From positions 12,068-76,067 of the forward strand of contig JAJPJA010000100.1 of assembly GCA_021324455.1 (NCBI GenBank): a stretch of DNA of 64,000 nucleotides, written 5' to 3'. This document shows, piece by piece, positions 47,591-56,921 of this stretch; position 1 is the first letter of the stretch, and every line of letters starts with the position of its first letter. The notes under the pieces are model-generated. The model was not told the origin of the DNA, searched no databases, and saw nothing but the letters and a program-made list of their open reading frames with translations. The stretch comes from Pseudomonadota bacterium. GTDB taxonomy: Bacteria; Desulfobacterota; Binatia; Binatales; Binataceae. The translations under genes and the position numbers were made by a program.

Positions 47591-48952
47591 TCATCCCTCG
47601 CGCCAATTCAGATGGTCGCGCACGTGGGTGAAGACCTCTTCCAGGATGGCGGCGCCGGTTTCGGCCTGTTCCTGCGTGATTACCAGCGGCGGATTGATTC
47701 TGATGCGCGGAAAGTAGCCCATCATCAGCAGCCCGCGCCGGAGCGCCTGCTTGAAGATTTCCTCGGTCACGCGGCGGCTCAGCTCCTGTTTGGTGGCGCG
47801 ATCGCGCACCAAATCGATTCCGATCATCAGGCCGCGCCCGCGCACGTCGCCGACGAATTCGAATTTATGCTTCAGTTCCTGCAGACGGGCCAACAGCGAC
47901 GCGCCGACCTGACGCGCATTGTCCACCAGCTGTTCGTCCTTGATCGCGCGCAGGGTTTCGCCCACCGCCACCGCCGCCAGCGGGTTGCCGCCGTAGCTGG
48001 AGGACGACGCACTGGGCTTTGAGAACGGCTTGGCCTGCGCGACTTCCTCTCTCATGATTACGCCCGAGACGGGGAAGCCCGATCCCATCCCCTTGCCGAC
48101 GGTCATGATATCGGGGCGCACACCGGTGTGCTCGACGCCCCACATTTTTCCGGTGCGGCCGAAGCCGGTGATCATCTCGTCGGCGATCAGCACGGCATCG
48201 TTCTCGCGGGCGATTTGCGCGACTGCGGGCATAAATTCGTCGGGCGGGATCACGTTGCCGGCGGTGCCCTGAAACGGTTCCACCAGCACCGCGGCGACGG
48301 CGCCCGCCGACGCGTTTTTGATCTGCTTGCGCGCGAATTCGACGCAGAACAGACCGCATCCGGGGTACTCGAGCTTGAATGGGCAGCGGTAACAATCGGC
48401 GTACGGCACCAAATGCTGTCCGCCGGGCAGCGGGCCGTAGCCCTGCTTGGATTCGTCGCCGATAAGTCCGATCACGCCGCCGGTCTTGCCGTGGAAGCCG
48501 CCCCAGAAGCCGACCACTTCGTGTTTGCCGGTAAAGGAGCGGGCGGCGCGCAGGGCGGCCTCGACCGCCTCCGCCCCGCCGCTATAGAGATGAAACCGCT
48601 TAAGCGGCTCGGGTGCGGCCTCGGCCAGCGCCTGGAAGGACTGGGCGCGTTCGGGCGTCGCAAACGTCCCCACCATCAGGCGCGAAGCCTGTTCGGCCAG
48701 CGCCCGCGACATCCCGGGATGCCCGTGGCCGAGGCTGGCGACCGCCACTCCGGCAAAGAAATCCAGGTACACGTTGCCGTCGGCGTCGGTCAAAGTGGCG
48801 CCTTCGCCATGATCGAAAGCCACTCCGGCCAGCGAAGAAATCCGCTGCCGTCCGGGAGCCAAATGATGCTCTTCACGCTCGAATATCGCGCGCGATCGCG
48901 GTCCGGGAACCGGAGTCGTGATGGAAGGGAGTTTGCCTTTTTTATGTTTCAT
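47591..48952 (-). CDS. Class III pyridoxal-phosphate-dependent aminotransferase
   Basis: ATG at 48952 (MKHKKGKL…); …YLDFFAGVAVASLGHGHP…, …LIADEMITGFGRTGKMWG… with PLP Lys. Confidence 0.9.
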   Translation of the reverse strand: MKHKKGKLPSITTPVPGPRSRAIFEREEHHLAPGRQRISSLAGVAFDHGEGATLTDADGNVYLDFFAGVAVASLGHGHPGMSRALAEQASRLMVGTFATPERAQSFQALAEAAPEPLKRFHLYSGGAEAVEAALRAARSFTGKHEVVGFWGGFHGKTGGVIGLIGDESKQGYGPLPGGQHLVPYADCYRCPFKLEYPGCGLFCVEFARKQIKNASAGAVAAVLVEPFQGTAGNVIPPDEFMPAVAQIARENDAVLIADEMITGFGRTGKMWGVEHTGVRPDIMTVGKGMGSGFPVSGVIMREEVAQAKPFSKPSASSSSYGGNPLAAVAVGETLRAIKDEQLVDNARQVGASLLARLQELKHKFEFVGDVRGRGLMIGIDLVRDRATKQELSRRVTEEIFKQALRRGLLMMGYFPRIRINPPLVITQEQAETGAAILEEVFTHVRDHLNWREG

Positions 48953-49020
48953 CGTTGCGTTGAAAAAAACCTCGAACCGGCGTTGCCCCACGGCGCGCGG
49001 CGCGGGCCGCGGTCGTCGTC

Positions 49021-49845
49021 TTAATTCTCTTCCGGCGCCGGTCTTCTTTCCCGCATCAGGTGCAAGGCGCGGCGCGCGATCGCATCAGCCGCCTGCGCCC
49101 GGACGCGCTCGAAACTGGGCCAGTCGTTGAAATCAACTAACTTGAATTGTTGGCCGTTGACGATTGCGTCACCGCCCCAAACCTCCAGACCCAAAGCCAC
49201 CGCCGCGCTGTGGGCCGCTTCGTGGAGCCCCGCGGGAACACCAACGGCCGCATCGGCGACGCTGAAATAGCCGGTGCCGGTCACACCGTAGAACTTGATA
49301 ACACTACCCTCGACCGCAGCCTGAACATAGGCGAGCCTGACTCCGCGGGCGGCAAAACGCGCCAGCGCCTGCGCCAGCCCCGCCTCGTCGCCCACGCGCA
49401 GCACGTCATCGGCGCACAGCGCATGCAGGTCGCCGCGCTTGACGTACACTCCGCGCCGCGCATCGATCGCCCCCAGCCTGTCCCGATCCAATCCCTGCGC
49501 AGTGGCGACCAGCACACCTTGCGGCACCGGCGCCGCGCAAGCCTTCAGCGCGTCGCCCAGCCGGTCGCGATAACACGATCTGATGGCATGCGGCGAATTG
49601 ATTACCAGCGTCCCCGCCTGCTGCAGGGCGGCCAGCCGCGCCAACGCCGCCTCGCTCTGGCACATCGCCAGCACCAGATCGAAACCGCCGACTGTGCGGT
49701 GGAGCATTTGCGCGGCGGTAAGGGTGGATACGGCGGCGCCGGCGGTCTGCAGGCGCTTGAGGACGGCGTCGATGATGGCGGCGTCGGCGGCGCTCCTGCC
49801 GGGCGAGAACTCGCGTTCGCGATAAACGCCAAGCACCCGCAACAT
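49021..49845 (-). CDS. ATP-grasp fold ligase (Ddl/RimK-like), short form
   Basis: Pre-ATP-grasp N-terminus (…VYREREFSPGRSAADAAIIDAVLKRL…) and C-terminal …LEVWGGDAIV…LVDFNDWPSF…; family call tentative. Confidence 0.55.
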   Translation of the reverse strand: MLRVLGVYREREFSPGRSAADAAIIDAVLKRLQTAGAAVSTLTAAQMLHRTVGGFDLVLAMCQSEAALARLAALQQAGTLVINSPHAIRSCYRDRLGDALKACAAPVPQGVLVATAQGLDRDRLGAIDARRGVYVKRGDLHALCADDVLRVGDEAGLAQALARFAARGVRLAYVQAAVEGSVIKFYGVTGTGYFSVADAAVGVPAGLHEAAHSAAVALGLEVWGGDAIVNGQQFKLVDFNDWPSFERVRAQAADAIARRALHLMRERRPAPEEN

Positions 49846-50576
49846 CAGCGGCTCCCGCCGCGGCGCGATAAGGAAGTCGAAGCGCGCGCGATCAGGCGGC
49901 GCGCTGCCGTCAAATCCTCCGCGACGTCGATATCGATCGCTTCGCCCATATCAACGGCGTGCAGGGGCACGCCCCATTCCACCATCGCGCCCAAAAATTG
50001 CCGCAGCGCCGATAGACCCGCTTCGCGCGCCCGCGCCCTGAACCCGAAGATCGATTGGGGCAGGAAATAGACGCCCGCGGTGACGACGCAGCCGCTGCTC
50101 GCGCCGACTTTGCGGATCAAACCGGTTTGGTCGACTTCCACAAACAGGGGCCGCTCATCGCCGCGCCACCTGACGACGCCCAGGGCTCCCTCACCGCCGG
50201 GCAGCGTATCGGCGCGCCGCACCAAGCGGGTCATTTCCGCCGGCTCGACGATCGCGTCCACAGTCGCGGCCAAAAAACGGCCGCTGTCGATATGTCGGCC
50301 GAATTCGAACAGGGTCTCCATGGAATTGGGCGTATCCCGCACCACGACGCTGAGGCGAGCGGGAAGCGCAACCCCATCGCTCCTGATGATCGCGGCGGTC
50401 TCGGAGTTGACCACGGCGAGGACGCGCCGGGCGCCGGCCTGCAGCAGGATGCGCGCCTGGCGCGCCAGCAGCGTCTCGCTGTCGAGCATCACCAGCGGCT
50501 TGGGCAGATCGGGACCGTGCGCTCGCAGCCGCTCGCCGCGCCCCGCCGCCAGTATCGCTGCGTCAAATGGATCCAA
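49845..50576 (-). CDS. Sugar-phosphate/alcohol-phosphate nucleotidyltransferase (NTP_transferase, MobA/GlmU-N-like)
   Basis: AILAAGRGERLRAHGPDLPKPL = canonical (L)xxGxGxR(L)…K NTP-transferase signature; stop overlaps the ATP-grasp ATG (TGATG). Confidence 0.75.
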   Translation of the reverse strand: MDPFDAAILAAGRGERLRAHGPDLPKPLVMLDSETLLARQARILLQAGARRVLAVVNSETAAIIRSDGVALPARLSVVVRDTPNSMETLFEFGRHIDSGRFLAATVDAIVEPAEMTRLVRRADTLPGGEGALGVVRWRGDERPLFVEVDQTGLIRKVGASSGCVVTAGVYFLPQSIFGFRARAREAGLSALRQFLGAMVEWGVPLHAVDMGEAIDIDVAEDLTAARRLIARASTSLSRRGGSR

Positions 50577-51297
50577 GGCAGAACTCGACCACTTCCTGCA
50601 GAGTATGCGCCGTCAAATCCGCCTCCTGCGCGCGGCAATCAGTGTACCGCAGGGTGGCCGGCGTCAACCATATCGTCGTCAGTCCCAATTGGCGCGCCGG
50701 CGCACAGTCCTTGCCCAGAGAGTCTCCGATCATCATGGTCTCTTCAGGCCGCGCCCCAAGCATCGCCAGCGCCGCGCGGTAGATTGCCGGATCGGGCTTG
50801 AACGCACCGACGCGCGCGGAATCCGCCACCGCGCCGATCAACGGGAGCAGGCCGGTTTCATTCAGGACCGTTTCCAGGTTGCCGTAAAAATTGGATACCA
50901 CCCCGATTTTGAAATGAGGGGCCAAAGCGGCCAGCGCGGCGCGGCTTTGTTCGCAGCCCGCGGCGGTTTCGAGGCAAAACCGCTGCGCGAGGGTCGGGGC
51001 GCGGGTGCGGATGGATTCCGGCACCCGTCCCGGCATCCGCAGCAACAGGTAGTCGATTTGCCAGCTGACTAATTCGTCCACAAGCTGGCGCAGGCCGAAA
51101 CCGTAAATCCGTTCCCCCGCCTGGTAGCCGCGCCGGGTGGCGTCGGTAAAGGCGAGGTCGAGTTCGTCGCGGGTCAGGGTGACGCCGAGATCGCGGTAAT
51201 GACGCAGGAAGCGGTCGAGCCAATGCGCTCCGGGCAGATCGAGGGTGCCGCCGAAATCGAACAACAGGTTGCGGATATGTTTGCGCCGGGTTTCCAC
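50563..51297 (-). CDS. HAD superfamily hydrolase (phosphatase)
   Basis: Motif I …LLFDFGGTL…, motif III/IV …FKPDPAIY…, …MMIGDSLGKD…; 14-nt overlap with the downstream nucleotidyltransferase. Confidence 0.75.
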   Translation of the reverse strand: METRRKHIRNLLFDFGGTLDLPGAHWLDRFLRHYRDLGVTLTRDELDLAFTDATRRGYQAGERIYGFGLRQLVDELVSWQIDYLLLRMPGRVPESIRTRAPTLAQRFCLETAAGCEQSRAALAALAPHFKIGVVSNFYGNLETVLNETGLLPLIGAVADSARVGAFKPDPAIYRAALAMLGARPEETMMIGDSLGKDCAPARQLGLTTIWLTPATLRYTDCRAQEADLTAHTLQEVVEFCLGSI

Positions 51298-51559
51298 CGT
51301 GTTGCGGCAATACTATGGCCGATCAAAAGAAACGAGCCTAGAATGTTTTGGGTTAGAGGAAAGGGCCGCCGGTCTCAACTTTAAAACCGCTTTCTGTGCG
51401 CCATGACAGACCCGCGCACAACCACTCTGGCGCGCCTACTATGACCGCCGTCGTGCTTGAAAACCCCAGCTTCTTCCAAGGAATTTCCGACCTGTCTTGC
51501 CTTGCCTGACCGATTGGTCTAGTACATTGACCTTGAACTGACCGGAAAGTCAAAGTTAA

Positions 51560-52780
51560 TTGAACCCCACTTCCACCACTCAAGAGGTCCCCGTCGTGGC
51601 GCTGGTAAACGCACCCAGCCGCGGCACGGAATTGATTTTCGGCCGTCCGTTGCTCGAGCGGATGATTCGGGTCTGCGAGCGGGCCGGCGTTTCCCGGTTT
51701 TTCGTCAAATGTCCGGCGCAGGAACGGGAGCGGTTCGGCAACGCGCTGGGCCGTTTTTCCAGGGACCCGCGAATCCGCCTGGTCAGCTCGTTCGATGAAG
51801 TCAAAGACGCTGCCGATTTGGCCGACGCCAGTCCCTGCGTGGCGCTTAACGGCAATATCGTTTTCTCGCTCAATCAGCTCCGCGACCTGATGCAGTGGCA
51901 TGCGATAAACTCGACTGAAATCGTACGCCTGGCCAGCGCCAACGGCGACCCCGACGCCTCGGTCGCGGTGGGCAGGCTGTCCGACTTTACCGGCAATGGT
52001 AGCGGCGCAGTCGCCAGTGTGGTCAGTGAAATCGCCGGGATGCCGTTCGCGCTGGACGGACATCCGGAGGACCGCGACGCGGCGGAAAGAGTAATCGCCC
52101 GCACCCTGCGCCATGATACCGCCCACACCGACGGCTTCATGGCCCGCATCTTCGATCGCAAGCTTTCCTGGCGGCTCAGCTACCTGCTGGCGCATACGCC
52201 GGTAATGCCCAACCAGGTCACGATTGCCAACACCGCGATGGGGATGGCGATCGCGTGGATGTTCGCGCAGCCCGGCTACTGGATTCGGCTGATTGCCGCG
52301 GCTCTGTTCGTGGTCTCGATTACGATCGACGGCGTGGACGGAGAGTTGGCGCGGCTCAAGATGGCCGAAACGGCGGCGGGCGCGCGGCTGGACGCGCTGA
52401 CTGACAACCTGGTTCATATTGCGATTTTTCTCGGTATCAGTATCGGATGTTATCGCGCCGCGCATAGCGCGGCCTACCTCTATGTGCTGGGCGCACTGCT
52501 GGCTGGTTTCGGCCTGTGCGCCATCTCGGTGCATCGCGCGATGAGCGTTTCGAGCAGCGGGGCGGAAGCTTTTGTGCGCCAGGTGGATCGGCTTACGGGG
52601 CGCGATTTCGCTTATCTGGTTCTGCTTTTGGCGGCGGTAAATCGGCTCAATTATTTTATCGTCGGCGCAGCGGTCGGCACCTACATCTTCGCCGCCACCT
52701 TATGGTGGGCGACCAGCAGATGGACCCGCTCCGACGCGGCGCCTGGAAACGGTGGGGATCGGCTTGCGGAGGGCTTATGA
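51560..52780 (+). CDS. Fusion protein: N-terminal cytoplasmic domain (degenerate nucleotidyltransferase-like) + C-terminal CDP-alcohol phosphatidyltransferase
   Basis: CDP-OH motif DG-x2-AR-x8-G-x3-D-x3-D = DGVDGELARLKMAETAAGARLDALTD; 6 TM in C-half. N-half has VVALVNAPSRGTELIFGRPL in place of the LAAGxGxRL motif. Start TTG 51560 or, better SD-supported, GTG 51596. Confidence 0.8.
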   Translation: MNPTSTTQEVPVVALVNAPSRGTELIFGRPLLERMIRVCERAGVSRFFVKCPAQERERFGNALGRFSRDPRIRLVSSFDEVKDAADLADASPCVALNGNIVFSLNQLRDLMQWHAINSTEIVRLASANGDPDASVAVGRLSDFTGNGSGAVASVVSEIAGMPFALDGHPEDRDAAERVIARTLRHDTAHTDGFMARIFDRKLSWRLSYLLAHTPVMPNQVTIANTAMGMAIAWMFAQPGYWIRLIAAALFVVSITIDGVDGELARLKMAETAAGARLDALTDNLVHIAIFLGISIGCYRAAHSAAYLYVLGALLAGFGLCAISVHRAMSVSSSGAEAFVRQVDRLTGRDFAYLVLLLAAVNRLNYFIVGAAVGTYIFAATLWWATSRWTRSDAAPGNGGDRLAEGL

Positions 52781-54102
52781 AGAAACCCAGAATCCTGCTC
52801 ATTCAACCAACCACGGTTCATCTCGACGGCACCCCACATAAGACCCGCTGGCGTCTGATCATGGGCCTGATGATTCCGTTGGTGGCCGGGCTGACGCCCG
52901 ATGACTTCGACGTCACCCTATGCGACGAGCGCCTTGAGGACGTCGATTTTGACGCCGGATGGGACCTGGTCGGGATGACCACGACCATTGGCGCGTCGCT
53001 GCGCGCCTACCAACTCGGCGACGAGTTCCGCAAACGCGGAGTGCCGGTGGTATTCGGCGGCTTTCATGCCACCCTGCAGACCGAAGAAGCGCTCAAGCAT
53101 TGCGACGCTGTTATCCAGGGCGAGGCCGACCTCGTGTGGGAACCGCTGCTGCGCGACTGGCAGGACGGCAAACTCAAACAGGTGTACAAGGCCGACAAGC
53201 TGCACGACCTCAAAGGATTGCCGCGCCCGCGCCACGAGCTGCTCAAACTCAACCGCTACCTGTTCAAGGCGGCGCCCATCCAGGCCAGCCGCGGATGCCC
53301 CTACCGGTGCTCGTTCTGTGAAATCCCGGTGTTTTACGATGGCGCTTATCGCACCCGTCCGATCGGCGATATCGTCGAAGAAATCAAGCAGGTGGTGAAA
53401 ATCACCGGCATCCGCCGCTTTCAGTTCATTGACGACCAGATCACGGGCAAGCACAAGTTCGCGCGCGAACTCTTCCGCGCTCTGGAGCCGCTCAACATCC
53501 GCTTCTCCTGCCTGTGGACCATCAACTCCAATCACGACGACGAATTGCTGGAGCTGGCGGCCAAGGCCGGCATCTTCCACGTCAACATCGGGGTGGAGTC
53601 GATCAGCCAGGACAGCCTGCTGTCGATGAACAAGATCCAGAACCACGCCAACCAGTACAAGAAGCTGCTGGAGAAGATGCGCAAGTATGGCATCTACTAT
53701 TCGCTGAATTTCCTGTTCGGACTGGAGAACGACCATCCGCGGATCTTCGACGACACCCTCAAGTTCCTGCACGAAGTCAAGGCGCCCGAGGCGTTCTTCA
53801 ACACCGTCACGCCGCGCAAGGGCACTCCGATGCGCACGCAGTTGGAGGACGAAGGGCGCGTCATCATCCCCGACGCCGACATGTACACCAACAACTTCCG
53901 CTGCATGTTCGTGCCCAAGAACCTCTCGCCCCAGGAAGTCGAAGAGGGGGTGTGGCGCTGCACCACGGAGTTTTACTCGCTCAAGTCGATGTTCAAGCGG
54001 CTGCTGATGCCGCCGGGGCCGTTCACCTGGCAGGGCATCACCGAGAATATGCTCTTCTACTTTGGCGCCAAACGCCGCATCGACCCGGTGGATTACTATT
54101 GA
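52777..54102 (+). CDS. B12-binding-domain radical SAM protein (class B)
   Basis: N-terminal cobalamin-binding Rossmann-like region then CPYRCSFC (CxxxCxxC) radical-SAM cluster motif; ATG overlaps upstream stop (ATGA). Confidence 0.85.
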   Translation: MKKPRILLIQPTTVHLDGTPHKTRWRLIMGLMIPLVAGLTPDDFDVTLCDERLEDVDFDAGWDLVGMTTTIGASLRAYQLGDEFRKRGVPVVFGGFHATLQTEEALKHCDAVIQGEADLVWEPLLRDWQDGKLKQVYKADKLHDLKGLPRPRHELLKLNRYLFKAAPIQASRGCPYRCSFCEIPVFYDGAYRTRPIGDIVEEIKQVVKITGIRRFQFIDDQITGKHKFARELFRALEPLNIRFSCLWTINSNHDDELLELAAKAGIFHVNIGVESISQDSLLSMNKIQNHANQYKKLLEKMRKYGIYYSLNFLFGLENDHPRIFDDTLKFLHEVKAPEAFFNTVTPRKGTPMRTQLEDEGRVIIPDADMYTNNFRCMFVPKNLSPQEVEEGVWRCTTEFYSLKSMFKRLLMPPGPFTWQGITENMLFYFGAKRRIDPVDYY

Positions 54103-54256
54103 TTGCGCGGCTATAAGTTGCGCAGATATATATTAAGGGTCGGCAGTGGATCGGCTCCGACCCTCACGCGCGGGTCGGCCACGGAATTCGCGCGGACGCC
54201 GGTTGCGCCACAGGGGGAATCGGCCCTTTCCGATCTGCCCTGCCGATACGGTTTCG

Positions 54257-54934
54257 ATGCAGATGTTGGGCGGCATTGACAAAATCCTCGGTTTGGCGGC
54301 TGCCCTCCTGCTTTTCTCCGCCTGCGCAGTTGCTCCCGCACCTATGAAGCCCCAGCACCGGGCGGTGCCTACTCCAATCGATGGTCAGGTCTCGGTCGTC
54401 ACCGAGGCCGAGAAACCGGTGGGCGGATTGATTCCGGTTTATGTCGCGATCGCCAACGGCAGCGACGAGGGCAGGGCGATACATCCCAGCCAGGTCTTCG
54501 CGCTCAATCAGAACGGCGAGCGGATCGCGCCGGTGCCGCCGATCGAAGCGGCGCGCGAGGCGGGCGGCGCCAACAAGCTCAAGGCCGCGGTCGAAAGCGG
54601 CGCGCTCGGCGGCGCGGCGGAAGGCGCGGTCGGTGCGGGCGCCGGCGCTCTTGCCGGTCTGGTCAGCGGCGGCGTCGGTCCGGGCGCCGCGATTGGCGCT
54701 GCCGTCGGCGCCGCGCAGGGTGCGTTATGGAGCGCTCCGCTGGGCCAGGGCGAAGCGGAGAACCAGGCCAACGCCCAGATTCAGGGACTGGCGCTGAACG
54801 ATACCGAAGTGCGCAAGGACTTCACCGTCAGCGGCTACGTCTTCTTCCCCGCCGGTTCCTACACCGATCTGGAAATGCTGGTGGTTAACACCGAGACCGG
54901 CGCCACGGAGACGGTGAAGGTGCCGTGGCGCTAG
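54257..54934 (+). CDS. Lipoprotein with glycine-zipper (GxxxG repeats) segment
   Basis: Lipobox LLFSAC; …GALGGAAEGAVGAGAGALAGLVSGGVGPGAAIGAAVGAAQGAL… glycine zipper. Confidence 0.6.
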   Translation: MQMLGGIDKILGLAAALLLFSACAVAPAPMKPQHRAVPTPIDGQVSVVTEAEKPVGGLIPVYVAIANGSDEGRAIHPSQVFALNQNGERIAPVPPIEAAREAGGANKLKAAVESGALGGAAEGAVGAGAGALAGLVSGGVGPGAAIGAAVGAAQGALWSAPLGQGEAENQANAQIQGLALNDTEVRKDFTVSGYVFFPAGSYTDLEMLVVNTETGATETVKVPWR

Positions 54935-54938
54935 GCGG

Positions 54939-56615
54939 CTATCTCCATTGCCGCTGGTAATCGGGACCGCGCGAATCGGGCGGATTTGTCGGTGCCAGGA
55001 TCTGCACCGGCAGCGAGATCGGCAGGTCGGCGCCGATAATAATCGCCTCGCCCTCGCCCAGACCCGGAATAAACGCCATCGCCGAGCGATCCGCGTCGCT
55101 TGACGCGCTCTCCACCGCCACCCGGTCCATATGGTTGTTGAGCCGGTGAATGATGAACGTTCCGATCTGGCTGAGGATGCCTTCGGGAATATCGCGCGGC
55201 CGCTGTGTGGCGAGACAGAAATTCAGCGACAGCTTGCGCCCCTCTTTGGCGATCAATTCGAATGAGTCGAGCGCGTAGCGCGCATGATCCTCTTCCAGGG
55301 TCTGGTTGAGGAAATGATGCGCCTCGTCCAGCATCAGCACCAGCGGCCGTTTGCCGATCTTGCCGTGGCGCGCCAGATCCAGCGTGTAGCGCCCGATGGC
55401 GTTGGCGACAATCTCGCGCGCGTCGTGCGAAAAGGGCAGATGCTTGAGCGAGATCCGCATCACCCGCGCCTGGGGGTCGGCCAGGAAGGAGTCGATTCGA
55501 TCGAACACCGGCGTGGTCTTGCCCGGCTGAAAGACACAGGCCAGTTCGGGCGCATGCAGCATGTCCTCGATGCGGGTAATCAGATTGACGCAGTTGCTGC
55601 GCTCGACTTCGTTGGGTGCGCCCCAGCGCGACGCGTCGGGACTGGAAGCGAACCCGCCGGTCGGGAAGACGCATTCGGCGTCGATTTGCGCGGGCAGCTT
55701 GGTAATGTCGAAATTGGCGTGCGGATCTTCGACGTCCCGCGCCCGCGCCGCATACGCCGTCTCGAACGGAAATTTTAACTTGCCCGCCTTCATCACCACC
55801 CCGCCGGTGGCCAGATGCGGCACCCGCGCCAGCTTCAGGCTCTTGATGGCCGATCTCAGCTTGGGCCCCTGGGTCGGTCCGGTCGGCTTGAACAACGCGA
55901 ACAGGTCGGCTTCGGTGAGCGCAAAAAACGGCAGCACCACCTCTTCGGACTGCTCCTGTCCGCTCTGATCGACGCCGATATGCACGTGATGGACACCCGA
56001 GCGCAAGGTGTGAAATTCGCCGGTGCTGTCGAACAGAATCATCTTGGCCGAAAACCGCGACGATTCCTCGATCAGCTTGGCCAGTGTCCAGCTTTTGCCC
56101 ACCCCGGTCGCGCCGACCACCGCGCAATGCCGTCCGAAGGCGCGCTCCGGCGACAGTCCGACCTCGGTGCCGTCGCGCAGTTGCATCAGGTTGAGCATCA
56201 CCGGTTCGAACTCGCCTTCAGGGGTTTTGCGCACCTGACCGCATTCGAACAGCCAGCGTAGAAGTTGCGGCGGCGCCGCATACACGCCGCTGCCCAGACG
56301 CGGGTATTGGTTGATTCCGCGCAAAGCGTTCTCGCCGTCGGCGCCGATTGTGGTCAGGAGTTCGGCGGCGGCGGTCGCCGGCAACCCGGATTCCGGAGCT
56401 GAAGACCCGTTCGGGCCCTGGCGCGCGGACTGCACGCTGGTCAGACGTCCGAACAGAACCGACTGGCCGCACTCGATTACCACGAATCTGCCGACCTCTA
56501 CCGCTTGCGCGTCGGATCGCGACAAAATCACCCTGGCGGAATTGGGCAGGATTTCGAAGACCGTACCCAGGCGGCGACTGGAATCGAACGGATTGAGCGG
56601 CGGATTTCTCTTCAC
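54939..56615 (-). CDS. HerA-type (FtsK/HerA superfamily) hexameric ATPase with N-terminal HAS-barrel
   Basis: Walker A VVGATGVGKSWTLAKL, Walker B/DEAH-like LVLMLDEAHHF, C-terminal …LATQRPRDIPEGILSQIGTFIIHRL…; GTG start at 56615. Confidence 0.8.
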   Translation of the reverse strand: MKRNPPLNPFDSSRRLGTVFEILPNSARVILSRSDAQAVEVGRFVVIECGQSVLFGRLTSVQSARQGPNGSSAPESGLPATAAAELLTTIGADGENALRGINQYPRLGSGVYAAPPQLLRWLFECGQVRKTPEGEFEPVMLNLMQLRDGTEVGLSPERAFGRHCAVVGATGVGKSWTLAKLIEESSRFSAKMILFDSTGEFHTLRSGVHHVHIGVDQSGQEQSEEVVLPFFALTEADLFALFKPTGPTQGPKLRSAIKSLKLARVPHLATGGVVMKAGKLKFPFETAYAARARDVEDPHANFDITKLPAQIDAECVFPTGGFASSPDASRWGAPNEVERSNCVNLITRIEDMLHAPELACVFQPGKTTPVFDRIDSFLADPQARVMRISLKHLPFSHDAREIVANAIGRYTLDLARHGKIGKRPLVLMLDEAHHFLNQTLEEDHARYALDSFELIAKEGRKLSLNFCLATQRPRDIPEGILSQIGTFIIHRLNNHMDRVAVESASSDADRSAMAFIPGLGEGEAIIIGADLPISLPVQILAPTNPPDSRGPDYQRQWR

Positions 56616-56921
56616 TGGAAAACTACCCCGTGATGCCGATTCGGCAAGCCGCGTTTTAGACGACCTGCCTTAACTAACAGCAGCAGAGCATCCGGCGATA
56701 CAGGTGAGTTTTAGCCGAAGTCAGCAGTAATTCGGCCGGATTGCAGCGCTTGAGGCAAAATAACACACAGTCATCTCCGCACGCCAGCGAACCGGGTAGG
56801 GCCGCCGCGTGTTGTTGAGATGCCGGAAGGGAAATTGTTGGAGGAGCAGCAGAAGGGAAAAATTGTGGGAGCCGGATCGGGGGATTGAGGGACAGTGGGC
56901 AGACGCGAGAGTGAGGGCCGG

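Noticed and set aside
51560-52130. N-terminal domain of the CDP-alcohol transferase fusion as an active cytidylyltransferase (IPCT-like)
   Set aside because: The diagnostic (L)AAGxGxR(L) motif is replaced by NAPSRGTELIFGRPL. Activity is therefore doubtful. The separate gene 49845..50576 has the canonical motif and is the more likely nucleotidyltransferase.
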